A DNA stretch of 64,000 nucleotides from an uncultured delta proteobacterium. Lineage in GTDB: Bacteria; Desulfobacterota; Desulfobacteria; Desulfobacterales; JAHEIW01. The notes under the pieces were generated by a model. It saw only the letters and a list, made by a program, of their open reading frames with translations. It did not search any database and was not told the DNA's origin. Location: the NCBI GenBank assembly GCA_963706575.1, contig CAVPNL010000004.1, positions 288,001-352,000 on the forward strand, given 5' to 3'. The position numbers and the translations under genes were made by a program. Shown in pieces: positions 18,503-28,005 of the stretch (positions are counted from its first letter, which is position 1; each line of letters opens with the position of its first letter).

Positions 18503-19441
18503 TCATTTTTTATTAAGTATTTCTCGAAAAGTTTGCTCCCGAAACATCGAATCGGCCAAACGCACATTGGGCATATGCAAACAATTATTTAACACCTTAG
18601 GACCATGAATGGATAACAATTCAGGTTTTACATTCACATGTGGCATACCTCCTTGCGCGTCGTGCAAACTTTCCCACTCAACCATAACTAAATATTCTGC
18701 AGGTACCGTATAGCCCTCCCAGACATCTGCAGTGCGTTGCAGTTTGCTACCTGAACTATTCTTAAGTTTTTCCAGCATGGATTCAACAGTGGCATGTCCA
18801 CTTCCTAGAGTTGAAAGGCCAATCCGCTTGAGGATCTGGCAGCCGACCATACCCGTGGATTCTCTAAGTTTTCCCATAGTTGCAGTTTCGCCGGCTTCAA
18901 ATTCCTCTTCTTGGCCTGGACGGACTTTGTGCAAAGCCATAACGGTGACAGTTTGTCCCGAATCCACTGCGTAACCATCAGATTCCCCAGCTGCACTCCT
19001 CCTTAACCATTGATTCATTGAGATAAGCTTGGGCAAATCACTGTAAACAACTCGATAGATGGGTTCTTCTGGGCCTTCTAATAATACATCACCGCATTTC
19101 GCACACGTATCGACAACTACGTCCTCAAATGTTTCATGAAAATTCTCATGCGCCTCCCACGATTCCCAGTAGGTAAACTGATCAATCCAAATATGAGAAA
19201 GTCGATCGCCCATGTCTGAGCTCGCGCCCCATCGCATACCCATGGGGCATGCGCCGATTTGCTTCATTAAATCGAAGCCTTTAAACCCGGGTGTTAGCGC
19301 TGTAGCAAGACACATTTTAGAACTGGCCTGCTTCATCATTCTCATTAAGTCGGGATCGTTGTTAACTAAAACGCGGTTAATTGCAACATACAGTGGTGAC
19401 TTAGGTTCAGCATCAAATAATTGTTTTACATTTGCTTTCAT
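18503..19441 (-). CDS. sor: Sulfur oxygenase reductase (SOR) homologue
   Basis: YVAIN, KMCLATALTPGF, YWESWEAHENFH, CAKC, GPEEPIY, C-terminal TFREILN; colinear with Acidianus SOR as I recall it. Confidence 0.85.
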   Translation of the reverse strand: MKANVKQLFDAEPKSPLYVAINRVLVNNDPDLMRMMKQASSKMCLATALTPGFKGFDLMKQIGACPMGMRWGASSDMGDRLSHIWIDQFTYWESWEAHENFHETFEDVVVDTCAKCGDVLLEGPEEPIYRVVYSDLPKLISMNQWLRRSAAGESDGYAVDSGQTVTVMALHKVRPGQEEEFEAGETATMGKLRESTGMVGCQILKRIGLSTLGSGHATVESMLEKLKNSSGSKLQRTADVWEGYTVPAEYLVMVEWESLHDAQGGMPHVNVKPELLSIHGPKVLNNCLHMPNVRLADSMFREQTFREILNKK

Positions 19442-19609
19442 AATTTTAACCCACCTTTCCAATAAACAATAAGGTAACGAAATAATTTATCTCTTTTACG
19501 GATATAGATATGATCCCAAGCAAAAAACGTTTCTGGGATGCGATATACTTATTAAGTGAGTTTTTCTTAATTTAGTATATTTTGTATAAAAAATATTTGG
19601 GATCTAACT

Positions 19610-19879
19610 TTATTTCAGGATACCATATTTCTTCAAATTGGATTTTATATAGGGCCAATGCAAGACAATATGTACTGCGATCACAACTATGAATATCAAT
19701 GCAGCCCATTCATGAAGGGCAATAAAAAAATGTCTTAAAGAAACCGAAAAACTTCCCCTGGCTTCATATCCCCTTGGCAATACAAGCCAATTTAGCAAGC
19801 CAGTGCTGAATAAAACAATAAAGAGGATAAAGGATATTACGTTGACTATCCAAAGCTTTGAAGATCTTCCATTAGACAT
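19610..19879 (-). CDS. DUF4405-like small membrane protein (putative haem b binding)
   Basis: TGLL...LHEWAAL...HIVLHWPYI. Confidence 0.75.
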   Translation of the reverse strand: MSNGRSSKLWIVNVISFILFIVLFSTGLLNWLVLPRGYEARGSFSVSLRHFFIALHEWAALIFIVVIAVHIVLHWPYIKSNLKKYGILK

Positions 19880-20027
19880 TCGCTTCTTTCAATTAATTGC
19901 ATTATTTATAGAGGTTGATTTAGTCCGGAAAGTTCACATTCTCATGAAAAATTTATCTTTTGTTAGGTTGCTTAGTCTGGAATAAATACAGAATAATTGC
20001 CAGATACCAAAAAAATCATCCGATGGC

Positions 20028-20070
20028 GATATATTGAGAGTACATGCATTTTGGCAAAATTACAGATATG
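20028..20070 (+). repeat. GATA/TATC boundary repeat
   Basis: GATA-TATTGAGAG-TACA-20-GATATG. Confidence 0.75.
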
Positions 20071-20090
20071 CACTCTAACGCCATATCTCC

Positions 20091-20399
20091 TTAATTAAAA
20101 ATTAGAATGGCAAAGCCGATTCCGAATCCTATTAATGGAACAATATATTTCAGATATTTCTCTTTAACTCCAGTTTTTCCGCTCAACAGCCTCCCTCTAT
20201 GGTTGTGTATTCTTACCAGGATACTAAGGAGATAAAAGCCAACGCAACAAATTGCATAAATGGCAATATTAGCTGCTTCAGGAAATCTATCAAAATATAT
20301 AAACAAAAATGAAAGCAATAAACCCGAAGTAAAAGAAATAATAAGCCAACTAAACTCATTATTCCAATTCATACGATCGGTTTTTTCGTCATAGCCCAC
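20091..20399 (-). CDS. Hypothetical three-TM membrane protein
   Basis: Three hydrophobic segments; start uncertain. Confidence 0.65.
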   Translation of the reverse strand: MGYDEKTDRMNWNNEFSWLIISFTSGLLLSFLFIYFDRFPEAANIAIYAICCVGFYLLSILVRIHNHRGRLLSGKTGVKEKYLKYIVPLIGFGIGFAILIFN

Positions 20400-20487
20400 T
20401 GAATATCCACCTTAGATGTCGCCATACATGATAAATGGCAGTTCACACATGCTTATTCAGACATATAACAGCCATACACCAGGTTGT

Positions 20488-20878
20488 GATACATTGAGAG
20501 AAACACAAATATCGCAATTTTACAGATACCATATGGATATCTGCACCGTATCGCATTTTTAAATCTGCTGTCAAATTGAAGTCCCGAAAAATGAGGCTTT
20601 GAGACAATAAAAAGGGCAAATCCATAGGATCGGATTCACCCTTTTGAGTTGTGATTTAAAGCGAATATCGCAGGAATTTTCAGATTTGATATCTACCGTT
20701 TTGTTAGAGTAATCGCAGCTATTTAAAGGCAAATTTTATTACCAAAAAATAGCAGACACCTAAAAGATGGCTCTCTTGTGATTAGTTTACAATATCTGAA
20801 AATATGAGGATGCAAGATACTTGGTTTTTATTGTTGATATCTGTAATTGTGGCGCATCTGCGATATGTTGGTACCACA
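20488..20878 (+). repeat. Gene-free cluster of GATA/TATC sites
   Basis: GATA-CATTGAGAG-AAAC-20-GATA-CCATATGGA-TATC (20488); TTGTGATT-N9-TATCGCAG (20649); GATATGTTGGTACC (20862). Confidence 0.7.
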
Positions 20879-20934
20879 ACTGTTAGAAATGCTGGCAAGC
20901 GACTGTTGTATATAGCAGTATTTCATTAAGTTAA

Positions 20935-22815
20935 TTAATCAGGCAGACCCGCCTTGCGGAGTGCCCCTAACCAGCGGTTTTTTAAATCAGCATCCTTAAA
21001 TGGATTTACTTTTCCAGCATCCTGCTCTACGGAAAAATTTGGTTTAATCCGCAAAACTTCGGCAGCAGCTTCACGTGCTTTGGTCTCATTGCCCGACATC
21101 TGATATGCATATGTTAGTCCCCAATAGGCAAAGAGATAATCGGGATTACGTTCTATAGCCCTATTCCACAACGGTATCGCTTTTTCATACTGTTCAGAAA
21201 AGGCATAGGCAAAAGCCAGGTTGTTCAGATACATGAGAGGTGAGACAGGATTGAGGCGGATGGCCTTTTCAAGATATAAAATGGCTTCGTCATAGCGACC
21301 GGTGAACCTTAAGACCATCCCCATAAAAAAATGATCTACTGCAGAGTTGGGACTTAATTCGACGGCCTTTTGCGCCTCGATGATGGCCTTTTCATGTTCG
21401 TTTCTCAACAGAAATACCATGCCAAGCAATCGATGCGTGACGGTATCTTGACCGGACAAATCGATGGCCTTCAGAGTCAACTGTTCCGCTGTTTTAATCG
21501 ATTTGGCGCGATCTTTTGTCCTATTGAACCAGACATCGTCCAGATGTGTATGTGCCAGAAGAGTATAGGCACCCCCATATTCGGGATCAAGGGTAATAGC
21601 TTCTTGCGCCAACCTTCGTGCCTCAATTGTATCTGCTGTTGTTCTACGGTACAAGTGTTCATTCCCTTTTAGAAACTTCTCATAGGCTTTAAGATTGGTC
21701 GTTTTTATCGAGGAAAACCGGCCCCAGTCTGCCTCTGAAAGTTCCACTTGCATTGCAGCCATGATTTTCATCGCGATTTCATCCTGCAGGGCAAAGATAT
21801 CCGTCACCTTCCGGTCGTAATTTTCCGCCCATAAATGGTGCCCTGTTGTTGCATCAATCAGCTGAACCGTGATACGCACGCGATCATCAAATTGCTGCAC
21901 ACTACCTTCGAGCACATACCGAACTGCCAGTTCTTCTGCAATTTGCTGAATTTTTACAGGTTTTCCTTTGTAAGCAAACGTGGAGTTGCGGGCAATTACA
22001 AGAATATAAGGAACCTTTGAAAGTGACGTGATAATTTGTTCGGTGATTCCGTCGCTAAAATACTCCTGCTCGGAATCGCCGCTCAAGTTGTCAAACGGAA
22101 GTACGGCAATAGAGGGCTTATCCGGCAATGGATACGCCATCTTCTCCACAGAGGCAGGCTCTATTCGCTTAGATTGTTCGATGTATAAATACCATCCTGC
22201 TAATCCGATGAGAATAACCACAGCAGCGGCAACGGCCACCCACCTTTTTGTTTTCCTCTTTTCACCAATGATCTTGCCGACGGCTTCCGGTTCCATTAAA
22301 ACTTTATAGACACGCACCGGCGCTGCTATGTTTTTAACGCTGTGTTCACCTAAATATTCATAACCCAGTTCAAGTTTAGTTTTTAGCTGGTCGTAGGCGG
22401 TCCCTGAAATGCAAATGCCGCCTCCTTCTGCCATGCCTTCCAGGCGGGCAGCTATATTGACCCCGTCGCCGTAAATTCTGTTATCTTCCTCAACAATATC
22501 ACCCAGATTAACGCCGATTCGGAATAACATCCGTCGGTTCTCCGGCAAATCAGCATTTCGTTCACTCATCTCTTTTTGGGTTTCAACAGCACACCTGACC
22601 GCATCCACGACACTGGAAAATTCTGCCATAAGATTATCACCGGTCATATCAACTACTCGTCCACTGTGTTGCTCAATTAGAGTGGACATCGAATTACGGT
22701 AGGTGTTTAAGGTTTGGATTGTCGTTTCCTCATTATCTTCCATCAAGCGGCTGTAACCGACAACATCGGCACTGAGTATGGCGGCGAGTTTACGTTTAAA
22801 ACCTTCTCCTGCCAT
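20935..22815 (-). CDS. Class III adenylate/guanylate cyclase with TM, TolB-like and TPR domains
   Basis: RKLAAILSADVVGYSRLM, GDGVNIAARLE, SIAVLPFDNLS, TPR repeats. Confidence 0.92.
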   Translation of the reverse strand: MAGEGFKRKLAAILSADVVGYSRLMEDNEETTIQTLNTYRNSMSTLIEQHSGRVVDMTGDNLMAEFSSVVDAVRCAVETQKEMSERNADLPENRRMLFRIGVNLGDIVEEDNRIYGDGVNIAARLEGMAEGGGICISGTAYDQLKTKLELGYEYLGEHSVKNIAAPVRVYKVLMEPEAVGKIIGEKRKTKRWVAVAAAVVILIGLAGWYLYIEQSKRIEPASVEKMAYPLPDKPSIAVLPFDNLSGDSEQEYFSDGITEQIITSLSKVPYILVIARNSTFAYKGKPVKIQQIAEELAVRYVLEGSVQQFDDRVRITVQLIDATTGHHLWAENYDRKVTDIFALQDEIAMKIMAAMQVELSEADWGRFSSIKTTNLKAYEKFLKGNEHLYRRTTADTIEARRLAQEAITLDPEYGGAYTLLAHTHLDDVWFNRTKDRAKSIKTAEQLTLKAIDLSGQDTVTHRLLGMVFLLRNEHEKAIIEAQKAVELSPNSAVDHFFMGMVLRFTGRYDEAILYLEKAIRLNPVSPLMYLNNLAFAYAFSEQYEKAIPLWNRAIERNPDYLFAYWGLTYAYQMSGNETKAREAAAEVLRIKPNFSVEQDAGKVNPFKDADLKNRWLGALRKAGLPD

Positions 22816-23100
22816 AACGGCACCTCCCTTTTAGGGTTTCAAACAGAGGAACTCAGTATGTGGGCTATTCAAAGGGGCGCAAAAATCAGATGAGAAATCG
22901 GATTGGATTCAGTTGGTGAAGCATCGCTTCAGGACTGTTGGAAAAAGAGAATCAGGGTTTGGTTAGATGTATTTATATCCAAATCGATGGGTTTTAGTCA
23001 ATAAAATAAGGATGTTTGTAGCTGGTGATATATTCGGTACATGGGGATCGGACCGTTCTATTATATTGATATTTATGAAAAAGAGGTCCAGTCATACGTG

Positions 23101-23213
23101 TTTTTGAGGTCTATACTGCTCTTTTGGGAGTCAAAACCGGCATTATAGTCCCATATATGAGCCCCATATCTGGCATTAATCTATATAATTTTAACTCCGT
23201 AGCGCGGCTGGAC
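23101..23213 (+). repeat. About 110-bp repeat (second copy at 24961-25072) resembling a Y1-element right end
   Basis: TTTGAGG.CTATACTGCTCTTTTGGGAGTCAAAACCGGCATTATAGTCCC...AGCGCGGCT.GAC in both copies. Confidence 0.75.
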
Positions 23214-23238
23214 TTCCTTTGTATCAATGCTGGACTTC

Positions 23239-23535
23239 TTATTTTAGCTCAAAACCCAAATTGATACTTTGGTTGATGACGACATTTTTTTTGGGATTTT
23301 TAAGGAGAGCATTAGCAACATCTAAAATTTTAAGGCGCTTGAATAAAGTATTGGCGTCACACCTATCCCAATATTTTTTAGTAAATTTTACGACATATAT
23401 TTCATCATTATTTTTAACGCTAAATGTTAGTGCCATGCGGTCTTCATCATAGGCTTGGTCTATAGGAAGTCCGGGGAATCCAATAGAAAGATATTTATAA
23501 ACTGCATCAAATTTGTATTGATCAAATTCGGTCAT
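23239..23535 (-). CDS. Hypothetical protein
   Basis: 98-aa ORF with AGGTG RBS. Confidence 0.6.
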   Translation of the reverse strand: MTEFDQYKFDAVYKYLSIGFPGLPIDQAYDEDRMALTFSVKNNDEIYVVKFTKKYWDRCDANTLFKRLKILDVANALLKNPKKNVVINQSINLGFELK

Positions 23536-23626
23536 AATATTCGCACCTAAAAATTGATTGATGTCAGCATTCAGTTCTTTGATACTTTGCCAGGACAGAG
23601 TTGTTTACTCTTAGTCCCTATTAAAA

Positions 23627-23716
23627 TTATGGACGCATTTTCTTATCAAGAATTTTATAAACAGCATATACAACACCTACAATGATGACGAAGATCAACA
23701 AATCCATGAGTTCCAT
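23627..23716 (-). CDS. 29-aa small membrane protein under riboswitch control
   Basis: GGAG RBS; MELMDLLIFVIIVGVVYAVYKILDKKMRP. Confidence 0.65.
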   Translation of the reverse strand: MELMDLLIFVIIVGVVYAVYKILDKKMRP

Positions 23717-23821
23717 TTTCAGCTCCACAATTGTTGTTTGCTTCTATGTCAAGACTGCAATCCACTACAAACGCAAAAGCCGAGCCACCCTTTTGCGCAG
23801 GGAAACCCGGCATTTTAAACC

Positions 23822-23899
23822 ACCCAGGCAACCCGGCTGTCTGCTTGAGACCCGCGGCTTTCCGTCCCCTTCTCACAAAGGGTTTGGCTTTATCGTGGG
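23822..23899 (-). ncRNA. c-di-GMP-I (GEMM-I) riboswitch, copy 2
   Basis: minus strand AAAGCCAAACCCTTTGTGAGAAGGGGACGGAAAGCCGCGGGTCTCAAGCAGACAGCCGGGTTGCC followed by a terminator-like hairpin at 23775-23812. Confidence 0.9.
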
Positions 23900-23927
23900 A
23901 GAATTTAATTCTCAATATGGTGGTATT

Positions 23928-24952
23928 GGGGGTCGGGCCACGCTAACTAATTGACATTATGTCACAAACATCATAAAATCAAGCCGTTTTAGGCCTTAGA
24001 AGCCCCATTTTGGGGTCAAAATCACCCTTCTAAGGAAAAGGTTGCTTTAATGGCACGCGCAAAAAGACATTACCTTCCCGGGCACGTCTGGCACATAACA
24101 CACCGATGCCACAAAAAGGAGCTTTTGCTAAAACTAGTTAAAGACAGGCAAAGGTGGCTTTATTGGTTGTTTGAGGCTAAAAAACGATATGGTTTGTGCA
24201 TTCTCAACTATATCGTAACATCAAACCATATTCATCTTCTTGTGGCAGATGATGGGTCTCGAGATGCCATCCCCAGGTCAATGCAACTGTTAGCCGGACG
24301 AACCGGGCAGGAATATAATCAGCGCAAAAAGCGCAAGGGTGCTTTCTGGCAAGATCGCTATCATGCAACTGCTGTGCAAAGTAATTCGCATTTAATCAAA
24401 TGCATGACCTACATTGATCTGAATATGGTGCGTGCAGGTGCGGTAAAGCATCCACAAGAGTGGATTCACAGCGGATATCATGAAATTCAAAAGCCCAAAG
24501 AAAGATATGGTTTAATTGACTTCAAAAGCCTAATGCAGCGGCTGCCGATTGAGTCCAAAGACGAATTGAAGGAGGCGCATTATAAATGGATTGAAGAACA
24601 ATTGAAAAAATCACAGCTGGTTCGTGAAAGCAAATGGACTCAAAGCATTGCTGTTGGAGAAAAATCGTTTGTTGAACAAATAAAAAAACGGCTTGGTATT
24701 CGTTCTAAAGGTCGGAAGATTCTCGAAAATGAAGGTGACCACCAGTTACGTGACCGGCAGACCGGTTATGGCGAGAGGGAACAATTTAATAGCGAAAATA
24801 CCTTTTATTGGGATTTAGACGAAAAAACCGTAGGGTCTTATATTCATTAAAATGCCCATTTTAGCCCTAAAATGGTGCCTTTAAGCCTAAAAAACAGGCC
24901 TTTTTTTAGCTCTTTTTGCAAAATATCAAATACTTGCTGCGGCCCGACCCCC
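23928..24952 (+). mobile_element. Y1 (HUH) transposase element, copy 1
   Basis: Ends GGGGGTCGGGCCAC...GCGGCCCGACCCCC; similarity to copy 2 stops at these ends. Confidence 0.88.
24050..24850 (+). CDS. Y1/HUH transposase (IS200/REP-associated type)
   Basis: HITHR, NHIHLL (HUH), FWQDRY, YIDLNMVRAG (catalytic Tyr). Confidence 0.9.
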   Translation: MARAKRHYLPGHVWHITHRCHKKELLLKLVKDRQRWLYWLFEAKKRYGLCILNYIVTSNHIHLLVADDGSRDAIPRSMQLLAGRTGQEYNQRKKRKGAFWQDRYHATAVQSNSHLIKCMTYIDLNMVRAGAVKHPQEWIHSGYHEIQKPKERYGLIDFKSLMQRLPIESKDELKEAHYKWIEEQLKKSQLVRESKWTQSIAVGEKSFVEQIKKRLGIRSKGRKILENEGDHQLRDRQTGYGEREQFNSENTFYWDLDEKTVGSYIH

Positions 24953-25296
24953 TTTTCTTTTTTGAGGCCTATACTGCTCTTTTGGGAGTCAAAACCGGCA
25001 TTATAGTCCCATATATGAGCCCTTATCTGATATTAATCTTTATAATTTTAGCTCCTTAGCGCGGCTCGACCCATAGATAACATTCTCGGTGAAATTGTAA
25101 AGAAATGTTCGTCCTTGTCCAAATAAGGTTGTAGAAGGGATGTCCCCTTTGTTTCCAGATTTAAAAGCTGCCGGGTTTTTAGAATTGACACATATCATAA
25201 AACGTGCCAATCGAAGTTTATGGAACCTTCCATTAGAACCCTGTATCCTGACCCGTCCGAATCCCTTGTTTTAAACCAATCGGGGATCGGAAGAAA

Positions 25297-26613
25297 ATGA
25301 ACTCGAAGAATTTTTGTTTTTTGATTTTTTTCATTGTTGTTTTATTGGCGGGCTTTGGCCTTTCGGATGGGGCCGGTAATCAAACGCTCAGTGCCAAAGA
25401 ACAACTGGGCAAATCCATATTTTTCGATAAACAATTATCGCTCAAGCGCAATCAGTCCTGTGCATCCTGTCACGATCCTGCTGCCGGTTGGGCCGGCCCG
25501 GATTCTGCCGTAAATGCCCGTGGAGCAGTTTACGAGGGCTCTGTTGCCGGCCGCAGCGGCAACCGCAAACCGCCGAGTGCTGCTTATGCAGCAACCCACC
25601 CCAAACTACACCTGTTTATCGACAAAGATGAAGACGAGCAATTGTTTATTGGCGGTAATTTTTGGGACGGTCGGGCCACCGGAGAAGAGCTGGGCAATCC
25701 GGCAGCCGATCAGGCCCAGGCGCCTTTTGTTAACCCTGTTGAGCAGGCACTGCCGGATATGCTCTGTGTCGTTTACCGCGTTTGCACCCCCGCCGCCCCT
25801 TATCCGGTATCCTTCGAGGAGGTCTGGGGAAGCGGTGCCTGTGAAATCAGCTGGCCGGAAGATTTCGATAAAATGTGTGCACAGAATGAAATTTCGATAC
25901 AGCTAATCGACAGGGAAATGGACAGGGCCCGTAAGATTTTTGATCAAATCGCCCTGTCTATTGCGGCTTTTGAGGCTTCGGACGAAGTGAATCCCTTTTC
26001 TTCTAAATTTGATAAATATATGAAAGGCCACGCAACACTGAGTGAAATTGAACAGATCGGTTTAGATCTGTTCAAAAATAAAGGCAAGTGCGCCGATTGT
26101 CATGTTCTGGACCCGGGCCCCGGAAATACACCACCGCTTTTTACGGACTTTACATTCGATAACCTGGGAATTCCCAAAAATCCTGAAAATCCTTTCTATA
26201 TCATGCCTTCAGAAGTTAACCCGCAGGGACACCGCTGGGTGGATAACGGTCTCGGCGGCTTTTTGCAGACCCGCCCCGATTTCAGGGAACACCGGCTGGA
26301 CAACATCGGAAAGCACAAGGTTCCGACGCTTCGCAACATTGATAAACGGCCGCATCCAGATTTCGTGAAATCCTACGGGCATAACGGCTATTTTAAGGAT
26401 CTAAAACAGATCGTCCATTTCTACAATACCCGGGACACTCTGGGCATCTGCTGGGGCGCTGATGGGGAGATCGAGGGTGAAACCTGCTGGCCCCCGCCGG
26501 AGGTAACCCTCAATGTCAATTCAGAGGAACTGGGAGATCTTAAGCTCACGGACGCCGAAGAGGATGCGATTGTTGCATTCTTAAAAACATTGACCGACGG
26601 CCACACTGATTAG
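25297..26613 (+). CDS. Di-haem cytochrome c peroxidase/MauG-family protein
   Basis: Signal peptide; LGKSIFFD, CASCH, FWDGRA, CADCH, KVPTLRNI. Confidence 0.92.
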   Translation: MNSKNFCFLIFFIVVLLAGFGLSDGAGNQTLSAKEQLGKSIFFDKQLSLKRNQSCASCHDPAAGWAGPDSAVNARGAVYEGSVAGRSGNRKPPSAAYAATHPKLHLFIDKDEDEQLFIGGNFWDGRATGEELGNPAADQAQAPFVNPVEQALPDMLCVVYRVCTPAAPYPVSFEEVWGSGACEISWPEDFDKMCAQNEISIQLIDREMDRARKIFDQIALSIAAFEASDEVNPFSSKFDKYMKGHATLSEIEQIGLDLFKNKGKCADCHVLDPGPGNTPPLFTDFTFDNLGIPKNPENPFYIMPSEVNPQGHRWVDNGLGGFLQTRPDFREHRLDNIGKHKVPTLRNIDKRPHPDFVKSYGHNGYFKDLKQIVHFYNTRDTLGICWGADGEIEGETCWPPPEVTLNVNSEELGDLKLTDAEEDAIVAFLKTLTDGHTD

Positions 26614-26651
26614 GCAAACAGCAAAGAGAAATGAAAAAGGCGTATTGTATT

Positions 26652-27668
26652 GGGTCGGGCCACGCTAACTAATTGACATTATATCACAAACATCATAAAA
26701 TCAAGCCGTTTTAGGCCTTAGAAGCCCCATTTTGGGGTCAAAATCACCCTTCTAAGGAAAAGGTTGCTTTAATGGCACGCGCAAAAAGACATTACCTTCC
26801 CGGGCACGTCTGGCACATAACACACCGATGCCACAAAAAGGAGCTTTTGCTAAAACTAGTTAAAGACAGGCAAAGGTGGCTTTATTGGTTGTTTGAGGCT
26901 AAAAAACGATATGGTTTGTGCATTCTCAACTATATCGTAACATCAAACCATATTCATCTTCTTGTGGCAGATGATGGGTCTCGAGATGCCATCCCCAGGT
27001 CAATGCAACTGTTAGCCGGACGAACCGGGCAGGAATATAATCAGCGCAAAAAGCGCAAGGGTGCTTTCTGGCAAGATCGCTATCATGCAACTGCTGTGCA
27101 AAGTAATTCGCATTTAATCAAATGCATGACCTACATTGATCTAAATATGGTGCGTGCAGGAGTGGTAAAGCATCCGCAAGAATGGATTCACAGCGGATAC
27201 CATGAAATTCAAAAGCCCAAAGAAAGATATGGTTTAATTGACTTCAAAAGCCTAATGCAGCGGCTGCCGATTGAGTTTAAAGACGAATTGAAGCAAGCAC
27301 ATTATAAATGGATTGAAGAGGAATTGAAAAAATCACAGCTGGTTCGCCAAAGCAAGTGGACGCAAAGCATTGCTGTTGGAGAAAAATCGTTTGTTGAACA
27401 AATCAAAAAACGTCTTGGTATTCGTTCTAAAGGTCGGAAGAGTCTCGAAGATGAAGGTGACTACCAGTTACGTGACCGGCAGACCGGTTATGGCGAGAGG
27501 GGCAAATTTAATAGCGAAAATTCCTTTTATTGGGATTTAGACAACAAACCCACAGATCCTCCTTAAAACGCCCATTTTACCCCTAAAATGGTCCCTTTAA
27601 GCCTAAAAAACGGCCTTTTTTTTAGCTCTTTTTGATAAATATCAAATACTTACTCTGGCCCGACCCCC
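26652..27668 (+). mobile_element. Y1 (HUH) transposase element, copy 2
   Basis: GGGTCGGGCCAC...TGGCCCGACCCCC. Confidence 0.88.
26772..27566 (+). CDS. Y1/HUH transposase, copy 2
   Basis: Near-identical to 24050-24850, diverging toward the 3' end. Confidence 0.9.
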   Translation: MARAKRHYLPGHVWHITHRCHKKELLLKLVKDRQRWLYWLFEAKKRYGLCILNYIVTSNHIHLLVADDGSRDAIPRSMQLLAGRTGQEYNQRKKRKGAFWQDRYHATAVQSNSHLIKCMTYIDLNMVRAGVVKHPQEWIHSGYHEIQKPKERYGLIDFKSLMQRLPIEFKDELKQAHYKWIEEELKKSQLVRQSKWTQSIAVGEKSFVEQIKKRLGIRSKGRKSLEDEGDYQLRDRQTGYGERGKFNSENSFYWDLDNKPTDPP

Positions 27669-28005
27669 TTTCGCTTTCGCATGATGGGCTCCTTCTGGCT
27701 GTGGGGTTGGTGGTTCTTCCTAACATTACCAGATCGCCTGTCATGTCCACTATTTATTTATATGGTGCACTTTGAATTTGAATTCACCAAATCGTTTCGA
27801 TCAGCAACATCGTTTACAATCCTGCGCTTTTCGATTCCTCTTACGATTACATGATGCAAAGTCCCAGGGACATCCAACCGGGCTCGACGCGGCATCGTAT
27901 CCCTCCTGCCCAACTATTTTTATCAATCACGTAACACAAATACAAATAAGTTTTTTTAGTCAACAACGTCCCTTAATTCGAGCTATAGAAAGCAACTCAT
28001 TTGCT

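Noticed and set aside
1253..23040. Boundary repeats as a CRISPR array
   Set aside because: The repeats are degenerate and separated by 0.2-3 kb of genes, and there are no cas genes.
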